Of a stretch of DNA of 5,219 bases, positions 1 to 4,336 are shown piece by piece. Location of the stretch: NCBI GenBank assembly GCA_030602675.1, contig JAUVZH010000236.1, forward strand, positions 1 to 5,219, read 5' to 3'. Source of the stretch: Candidatus Heimdallarchaeota archaeon (GTDB lineage Archaea > Asgardarchaeota > Heimdallarchaeia > JABLTI01). The notes below the pieces were generated by a model. It saw only the letters and a program-made list of their open reading frames with translations. It had not been told where the DNA came from and ran no database searches. The first letter of the stretch is position 1; every line of letters begins with the position of its first letter. Made by a program: the position numbers and the translations under genes.

Positions 1-482
1 TTCAAGTCTTGAATGCAACATTAGACATTGCTGAAAAGTGGGGTATTAACAAAGTAATTGCTATAGGTGGTTTTAGACCAGCAGATTTAGAATCAACACC
101 TGAAGTAACTGCTTTTGCCTATACTGAAGATGATGCTAATACGCTTAAAAAACATAACATTAATCTCTTCACTGAAGGAAGAGTTAGTGGTGCAGTAGGA
201 GTTCTAACAGCTCTTGCTTCAGAAAGAGGTTTCAAATCATATGGAATAATGGGTAAAGTAAGACCAGGTGAAGGTTCCGCACTTACTTTTGGAGTTGATC
301 CTATTGCTTCAAAAAATGTCTTAAATGCTGTCTGTAAATTATTAGGTTTTGAAATGGATTTGTCTAAAATGGATCAAATGATTAAAGATATTCAGCAAAC
401 TGAAGCAAAAGCAATGCGTGCCATTGATGATTTAAGTAGATCAAGAACTGACAGAGCAGAAAGAAAGACCTACTATATTTAA
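1..482 (+). CDS. PAC2-family (PbaA/PbaB-like) proteasome assembly chaperone, 5'-truncated at the window edge
   Basis: The reading frame (codon phase starting at nt 3) is open to the left edge, so the TTG at 9 in the ORF track is probably not the real start. Stop is TAA at 480-482. The pattern VIAIGGF...GVLTALASERG...G, followed by a charged tail, resembles archaeal PAC2/DUF75 proteins as I remember them. The C-terminus ...KTYYI fits the HbYX (hydrophobic-Tyr-X) proteasome alpha-ring docking motif. Confidence 0.5.
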   Translation, partial: QVLNATLDIAEKWGINKVIAIGGFRPADLESTPEVTAFAYTEDDANTLKKHNINLFTEGRVSGAVGVLTALASERGFKSYGIMGKVRPGEGSALTFGVDPIASKNVLNAVCKLLGFEMDLSKMDQMIKDIQQTEAKAMRAIDDLSRSRTDRAERKTYYI

Positions 483-499
483 GAAAAAAAGATTAGAAT

Positions 500-519
500 T
501 TTTGAGATTTCTCTCAAAA
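500..519. terminator. Bidirectional terminator hairpin between convergent genes
   Basis: A perfect 8-bp stem, TTTTGAGA (500-507) with TCTCAAAA (512-519), encloses the loop TTTC. It is flanked by an A7 run (484-490, which reads as T7 on the - strand) and by a T-rich tract ending in T7 (540-546) on the + strand. Confidence 0.5.
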
Positions 520-550
520 TTTCTTATCCAATATTTTGCTTTTTTTAAGC

Positions 551-1393
551 TTAAATTTTAATCTCTGCAAGGAGATTATCAATAATCTTTTCGAATATTT
601 TTTGCGACTCACAATTTGTAGAAACTATTGGTTTACCTGAATCAGCTAAGGGAACAATTTTCGGATCGATAGGGATTGATCCTAAGAAAGGTATTCCAAG
701 TTCTTGAGCTGCTTTCTTTCCACCATCCTTACTAAAGATATTAATCTCTTCATCACAATGAGGGCATTTGAATCCGCTCATATTCTCAATAATTCCTAGA
801 ACCTTCATACCAACTTTAGCTACAAAGCTAATTGATTTCTTCACATCAAGTAGTGCAACTTCCTGTGGTGTTGTTACAATAATTACACCATCTGCTTTTG
901 GAATCATTTGTGCAACACTTAGAGGTTCATCACTTGTTCCAGGGGGTAAATCAATTATTAGAAAATCAAGATGACCCCAAATAACGTCACCAAGAAATTG
1001 ATTAATTGCTCCCATTTTCAATGGTCCTCTCCAAATAATTGCGTCCTTTTTGTTTTCTAAAAGAAATTCCATGGAAATAACTTTTACACCATCAATTGAT
1101 TCAACAGGAATCATCTTCTTCTTCTCTTGATCATAATCAGGTCTTTCATCTTCAAGACCAACCATCTTTGGTACATTTGGACCAGTTATATCAGCATCTA
1201 ATATACCGACAGCATGACCTCTCTTAGCCAAAGATGTAGCAAGGTTTACTGCAACAGTAGTTTTACCAACTCCACCTTTTCCACTAGCTACAACAAAAAC
1301 ATGATCTATGTCCTTCAATGCAGCCATTATTTTTGCTTTCATTGGATCTATTGCAGGTGCACCAGTTGGTGCCTTAATTTCTTTTTTGTCCAT
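551..1393 (-). CDS. mrp: Mrp/NBP35/ApbC-family iron-sulfur cluster carrier ATPase
   Basis: 280 aa. It has a deviant Walker A motif [18 protein letters not shown], a DLPPGTSDE switch region, and the C-terminal CPHC (CxxC) cluster-ligand motif in [13 protein letters not shown]. These are typical of the family. Confidence 0.9.
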
Positions 1394-1563
1394 GATTGGT
1401 TAAACCAGCATAAGAATTTGAGTAAAAGGTGATTGTTGTTTCTTTTAAAATTGTCCTCATATATGTTAAAGAAAAGGAGTTAAAATTTCTTAGAGAATAA
1501 AGAAAGGGAAAAAAGATTGAAAGTTGAATGGTATTTCAATCTAGGTATGATGAATTTAAGCCA

Positions 1564-1893
1564 TTAGCACCATGTAATGACTTTTTCATATTTGTCCATT
1601 ATGACAGATATTGCTTCATCATAATTTACTTGTTTGATGGCAGTATGAACATTATCGCCAATTATACCTCGAGCTTCTAAATCTTCTTTTAAGGCATAAA
1701 CATCTATTCCAAAATCAGCAGCATCTGCAATGATGTTAACTCCACTATTCCAACATGCAAGAGTACTATCTTGGATTAATAGAATTCCAACTTCATTTCC
1801 TTTTTCTTTTTGTGCCATAGTGATATCTAATAATGTTCCTTGAGATGCACAAACATAGATACTTTTTGAAGTGATGTAAAGAACTTTAGTCAT
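1564..1893 (-). CDS. dsrH: DsrH/TusB-like sulfur relay protein
   Basis: 109 aa and third gene of the E-F-H order. LLIQDSTLA, VYALKEDLEARGI and the C-terminal ...VITWC align by eye with DsrH/TusB (LL.DGV..., ..L..DL.ARG., ...W). An N-terminal Cys15 sits near the position of the DsrH conserved Cys. The SD sequence GGAGGT lies 7 nt upstream of the ATG. Confidence 0.75.
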   Translation of the reverse strand: MTKVLYITSKSIYVCASQGTLLDITMAQKEKGNEVGILLIQDSTLACWNSGVNIIADAADFGIDVYALKEDLEARGIIGDNVHTAIKQVNYDEAISVIMDKYEKVITWC

Positions 1894-1904
1894 CTCTTTA
1901 CCTC

Positions 1905-2264
1905 CTAGAGTGCTATTGTAGCATCAGCTTGCAATAGTAAATCGCTGAGCTCTTCAATTGTAATAATCTTGACTTCCAATTTTGGATCAAGGTCTTCTGG
2001 TTTTAATCCTCTTTGCTTAAGCGAGGATTCACAAGCAAAAATAGGAATATCATATCTATGCATTGCCTCTAGTGCACCCATTAAAGAATGATGCCCTATA
2101 CCATCAGGATTTTGGTCCTTAATTAGATTAAAAACACCATCATCAATGAATATTGCATCCGATTCTACATCAAGGACTAACAAACCTTGAGTAATACGAA
2201 TACCTTCAAGACTGTTAATATGCCCATATGGACCTTTACGGAAAACAACAATTACTTTTTCCAT
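1905..2264 (-). CDS. dsrF: DsrF/TusC-like sulfur relay protein
   Basis: 119 aa and the middle gene. VVFRKGPYG...EGIRITQGL...IFIDDGV...ACESSLKQRGL matches the DsrE/F fold pattern. The SD sequence AGGAG follows immediately after the dsrE stop codon. Confidence 0.75.
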   Translation of the reverse strand: MEKVIVVFRKGPYGHINSLEGIRITQGLLVLDVESDAIFIDDGVFNLIKDQNPDGIGHHSLMGALEAMHRYDIPIFACESSLKQRGLKPEDLDPKLEVKIITIEELSDLLLQADATIAL

Positions 2265-2278
2265 TTTTTCATTTCTCC

Positions 2279-2644
2279 TTATGCTGTAAAGATAAGTATC
2301 CGATCTGCTTCTTCAACAAACTCGCTTAATGCTCCAAGTCCATCGAATCCAGTTCCTTCTAGTAATATGTCCTTACTTTGTGTTCCACGATATTCTGCAC
2401 AAATAGGACAAGAAACAACTGTAACGCCTTTTGCAGCTAATTCTTTGAATAGCTCAGCGATATTTCTATCTCGATCATCAGATGGTTTGATGGTATTAAC
2501 ATTGTTATATACTCCATCTGTATATAGGTAAACACCCGTTACTTCATGACCAGCTTTAAGAGCTGCATGAGCTAACTTTAACACAGTATCAGAATTCTGA
2601 AAAGTGTATGGGGATGTCATTAATAAAAATGCTATTTTACCCAT
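2279..2644 (-). CDS. dsrE: DsrE/TusD-like sulfur relay protein
   Basis: IAFLLMTSPY...GVYLYTDGVY...VVSCPICAEYRG carries the Cys-x6-RG type active-site segment of DsrE/TusD. I place the start at the ATG at 2644 (MGKIAF...) because GGTGA lies 5 nt upstream of it. The TTG at 2656 in the ORF track is probably just the upstream limit of the open frame. Confidence 0.8.
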   Translation of the reverse strand: MGKIAFLLMTSPYTFQNSDTVLKLAHAALKAGHEVTGVYLYTDGVYNNVNTIKPSDDRDRNIAELFKELAAKGVTVVSCPICAEYRGTQSKDILLEGTGFDGLGALSEFVEEADRILIFTA

Positions 2645-2819
2645 TTTGGTCACCAAATTTTCCTATCAAAAAGAGTTAGGTAGTTAAAGTATAAGTTATA
2701 CGGTTTAAAAAATAAACCATTAATTTTACCTTAGAAAATAAATGCTCAACTTTATTTAAATGGCAAAGAAGAAAAATATAGCTTTAAACTTTATTAAAAC
2801 CCATAGGATTTTGATTAAA

Positions 2820-3239
2820 ATGGCTGAAACAAAAAGAATGGCTATTGTTGTACATTCTGGTACATTAGATTTAGCCTATCCACCATTAATGCTTGCTGCT
2901 GCAGCAGGCGCATCTGATATGGAAGTTGATATGTTCTTCACATTCTGGGGATTAAATCTCTTGAAGAAGAAAGGATTAAAAAGAGCAAAACTTTCTGGCG
3001 CATGGCGACTTGGTACAGGCATGATGAAATTAATGATTAAAAGAACAGGAATGGCTAATCTACCTGAAATGCTAGAAGCTGTTATTGAAACTGGTAAAGT
3101 AAGACTTTACGCTTGTACTGCTACAATGGATATTATGATGGTTAAAAAAGAACAATTAATACCAGAAGTAACAGGTTTCATGGGAGCAGCTGGATTTTTA
3201 GATATTGCTGCAGATGCTGATATACAATTATTCATTTAA
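2820..3239 (+). CDS. DsrE-family (DrsE_2 / DsrE3-like) sulfur carrier protein
   Basis: MAIVVHSGTLDLAYPPLMLAAAAGASDMEVDMFFTFWGLNLL and the single Cys in RLYACTATMD match the DsrE2/DsrE3-type proteins that usually sit beside tusA. The start is ambiguous. The ATG at 2820 (MAETKRMAIVV) fits the family N-terminus and has AGGA 11 nt upstream. The ATG at 2760 would add a 20-aa lysine-rich extension. Confidence 0.75.
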   Translation: MAETKRMAIVVHSGTLDLAYPPLMLAAAAGASDMEVDMFFTFWGLNLLKKKGLKRAKLSGAWRLGTGMMKLMIKRTGMANLPEMLEAVIETGKVRLYACTATMDIMMVKKEQLIPEVTGFMGAAGFLDIAADADIQLFI

Positions 3240-3251
3240 GGTGAAAACAAA

Positions 3252-3494
3252 ATGGTTGATATGCCTACTCCAGATAAAATACTTGATGCTCGTAGACTAC
3301 AATGTCCTATGCCTATTTTAAAGGCTAAGAAAACCATCCAAGGTATGAAAACAGGACAAATTCTTGAAGTTCTTTCTGAAGATCCTGGATCAAAAGAAGA
3401 TTTTCCACGATGGGCAAAACGTACAGGTAATGAACTACTAGGTATTTTTGAAGAAGAAGATTATGCTCGTTATTTCATAAAGAAGACTGCATAA
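3252..3494 (+). CDS. tusA: TusA-family sulfurtransferase
   Basis: 80 aa with the CPxP active-site motif (LDARRLQCPMPILKAKK), and the size and layout of TusA/SirA. The SD sequence AGGTGA lies 8 nt upstream and overlaps the stop codon of the preceding gene. Confidence 0.9.
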   Translation: MVDMPTPDKILDARRLQCPMPILKAKKTIQGMKTGQILEVLSEDPGSKEDFPRWAKRTGNELLGIFEEEDYARYFIKKTA

Positions 3495-3509
3495 ATATCT
3501 TCAATACCA

Positions 3510-3524
3510 TTTTTTCTATTTTTT
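3510..3524 (+). terminator. Oligo-T terminator of the DsrE-like/tusA operon
   Basis: Two T6 runs (3510-3515 and 3519-3524) begin 16 nt after the tusA stop codon. Archaeal termination typically occurs at oligo-T tracts. Confidence 0.5.
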
Positions 3525-3592
3525 CAAAGATAAAAATAAGTGGAATATGAGCTTTAATCAAACACTCATTTATACCAAAAAAACGGCAAACT

Positions 3593-3600
3593 TTAAAAAG
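3593..3600 (+). promoter_or_regulatory. TATA-box-like element for the 5S precursor
   Basis: TTTAAAAA is centred about 26 nt upstream of 3622, where the extended flanking helix of the 5S precursor begins. This spacing is expected for an archaeal TATA box and transcription start. AT-rich context makes chance matches likely. Confidence 0.35.
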
Positions 3601-3621
3601 TGAAGATTACTCGAAAGACTA

Positions 3622-3643
3622 CGCAGAAACTCATCGCCGGAAG
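3622..3643 (+). other. 5' flank of the processing stem (BHB-like motif, 5' strand)
   Basis: GAAACUCAUCG (3626-3636) pairs with CGGUGAGUUUC (3764-3774), giving 11 bp with one G.U. Three more pairs (3622-3624 with 3775-3777) lie beyond the bulged A3625. CCGG 3637-3640 forms the 4-bp central helix with 3757-3760, followed by the unpaired AAG at 3641-3643. Confidence 0.65.
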
Positions 3644-3762
3644 TTAAGCCTTCATACGTTATGTTAATTACTGATCTGAGCGATCGTTCGGGAACAACAT
3701 AAAGCTGCACAATGGTGCGGTCAAAGCTGGAGGGAAACACCCGGACTCGTCCGATCCCGGAA
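3643..3762 (+). rRNA. 5S rRNA, circularly permuted gene order (120 nt between the predicted junction points)
   Basis: All parts were read directly from the + strand.
- 3643-3650 GUUAAGCC.
- 3649-3658 is the helix II 3' strand.
- 3659-3665 with 3696-3702 forms helix V (7 bp).
- UACUG / GGGAA are the loop E signatures, with a GAUC/GAUC helix IV hairpin between them.
- 3704-3710 GCUGCAC pairs with 3715-3721 GUGCGGU as helix I, capped by AAUG.
- 3722-3725 CAAA is loop A.
- 3726-3734 GCUGGAGGG is the helix II 5' strand.
- 3738-3762 CACCCGGACUCGUCCGAUCCCGGAA is helix III plus loop C, close to the archaeal consensus CACCCGGaCUCAUuuCGAaCCCGGAAGUUAAGCC as I remember it.

G+C is 59/120 by hand count, against a much more AT-rich background. 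Confidence 0.8.
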
Positions 3763-3778
3763 ACGGTGAGTTTCGTGC
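3757..3778 (+). other. 3' flank of the processing stem (BHB-like motif, 3' strand)
   Basis: CCGG 3757-3760 forms the central helix. AAA 3761-3763 is a 3-nt bulge. 3764-3774 (extending to 3777) forms the outer helix with 3626-3636 (extending to 3622). On this side the outer helix, 3-nt bulge and 4-bp helix are canonical. Confidence 0.65.
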
Positions 3779-3785
3779 TATCCGA

Positions 3786-3790
3786 TTTTT
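3786..3790 (+). terminator. Oligo-T terminator of the 5S precursor
   Basis: A T5 run lies 8 nt after the last paired base of the flanking helix (GUGCUAUCCGAUUUUUAUU). Confidence 0.45.
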
Positions 3791-3810
3791 ATTACCTCTT
3801 TAACTATTAG

Positions 3811-3852
3811 AAAATAAAATTTGGATGAGATTATCTTAGTTAAAACTCATCC
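3811..3852 (-). terminator. Hairpin plus T-tract terminator of the 117-aa gene
   Basis: On the - strand, GGATGAG (complement of 3846-3852) pairs with CTCATCC (complement of 3823-3829). This 7-bp stem spans the stop codon and is followed by AAATTTTATTTTC. Confidence 0.4.
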
Positions 3853-4193
3853 TCAACATCAAAAGCAATTTTTCCTGCTTCTTTAGTAAATAATGTAAAA
3901 TCTATTGTATGTTTACCTGGTTCTAATTTTCCACTCACTTTAAAAGTAAAAGTGTCCCCTTTGGTCAATTTAAAGGGATTCTCTTTTGATATGCTATCCA
4001 AATTTATCTCTTCTTTTTTGACAATAACTTTGATTTTACTAGCATCAAATTCCTTTTCATCAATTTTCAAAGGATCTAAACCAATAATTGTTGCAGGATA
4101 GATGTTGTTCAATAATTGAAATGAGATTTCTTCTCCATCTTGTTTTAAGCTTCCTTTTAGATAGAGTTTCTTCAACATAAATTTTGGGATCAT
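3840..4193 (-). CDS. Hypothetical protein, 117 aa, acidic C-terminus, probably beta-rich
   Basis: This is a clean ORF with GGAGAG about 10 nt upstream of the ATG and its own terminator. I could not confidently assign a family from the sequence. Confidence 0.55.
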   Translation of the reverse strand: MIPKFMLKKLYLKGSLKQDGEEISFQLLNNIYPATIIGLDPLKIDEKEFDASKIKVIVKKEEINLDSISKENPFKLTKGDTFTFKVSGKLEPGKHTIDFTLFTKEAGKIAFDVEDEF

Positions 4194-4336
4194 TGTACTA
4201 ACTCTCCAAATATCTAAACTAATTAAACAATACTACTAGTTTTTAATTTATTGTAATTCCAGATTCTAACTCCGAAGAAATCTTATATAATAAAACAATA
4301 TTAACGATTAGTCAATAATGGTTGGTTTTATTCATA

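Noticed and set aside
768-974. A 68-aa ORF on the + strand.
   Set aside because: It lies entirely antisense within the well-supported mrp CDS, has a low-complexity product, and shows no start-site signals.
1214-1432. A 72-aa ORF on the + strand.
   Set aside because: It lies antisense to the 5' part of mrp. Its Cys/Phe/Ser-rich composition is typical of a shadow frame.
1547-1553. A C-box-like AUGAUGA on the + strand, suggesting a C/D box sRNA.
   Set aside because: No D box (CUGA) or terminal stem lies within the next 70 nt or so, and the region runs into the 3' end of dsrH on the opposite strand.
2187-2531. A 114-aa ORF on the + strand.
   Set aside because: It lies antisense across dsrF and dsrE. 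The Ser/Asn-rich product is implausible, so this is a shadow ORF.
2760-2819. A 20-aa N-terminal extension (MAKKKNIALNFIKTHRILIK) of the DsrE-family protein.
   Set aside because: As I remember the family, homologues begin a few residues before the IVV...SGT strand. The ATG at 2820 has an AGGA upstream. TTTATTTAAA immediately before 2760 looks more like a TATA box than a leader. This is not excluded; it needs a mapped transcription start or an N-terminal peptide.
3547-3569. A small hairpin, ATGAG...CTCAT, upstream of the 5S promoter.
   Set aside because: It has only 5 bp with a 13-nt loop in AT-rich sequence, which is indistinguishable from chance.
3584-3710. A conventional, unpermuted 5S gene that uses the sequence upstream of GUUAAGCC as its 5' half. 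A 6-bp pairing of 3600-3605 with 3650-3655 is possible.
   Set aside because: The upstream sequence has no partner for the helix III CCGG and no ACACCCGG / loop C motif. It offers only a 4-bp helix I, and it is AT-rich promoter-like sequence. By contrast, a near-consensus 5' half lies immediately downstream.
3643-3762. Two unrelated 5S pseudogene fragments that happen to lie side by side.
   Set aside because: The fragments are exactly complementary parts with no overlap or gap, and they sum to 120 nt. Their junction forms helix I with a tetraloop, and the outer flanks pair into a processing stem. That combination is not expected of decaying fragments. It still needs expression data to confirm.
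3600-3790. RNase P RNA or SRP (7S) RNA on the - strand. GGACGAGUCCGGGUG faintly resembles the RNase P CR-I motif GAGGAAAGUCCGGGC, and GAAGGCUUAAC faintly resembles CR-V.
   Set aside because: I could not draw a P4 pairing with the bulged U. The region is too short, and the SRP helix 8 motifs are missing. Read on the + strand, the same bases match 5S motifs far better (CCGGAAGUUAAGCC, UACUG...GGGAA, ACACCCGGACUC...CCCGGAA).
3715-3830. A conventional 5S gene starting at 3715, with its 3' half downstream.
   Set aside because: After CCCGGAA the sequence continues ACGGUGAGUUUCGUGCUAUCCG and then T5, with no GUUAAGCC, loop E or helix I strand. A terminator follows within about 25 nt.
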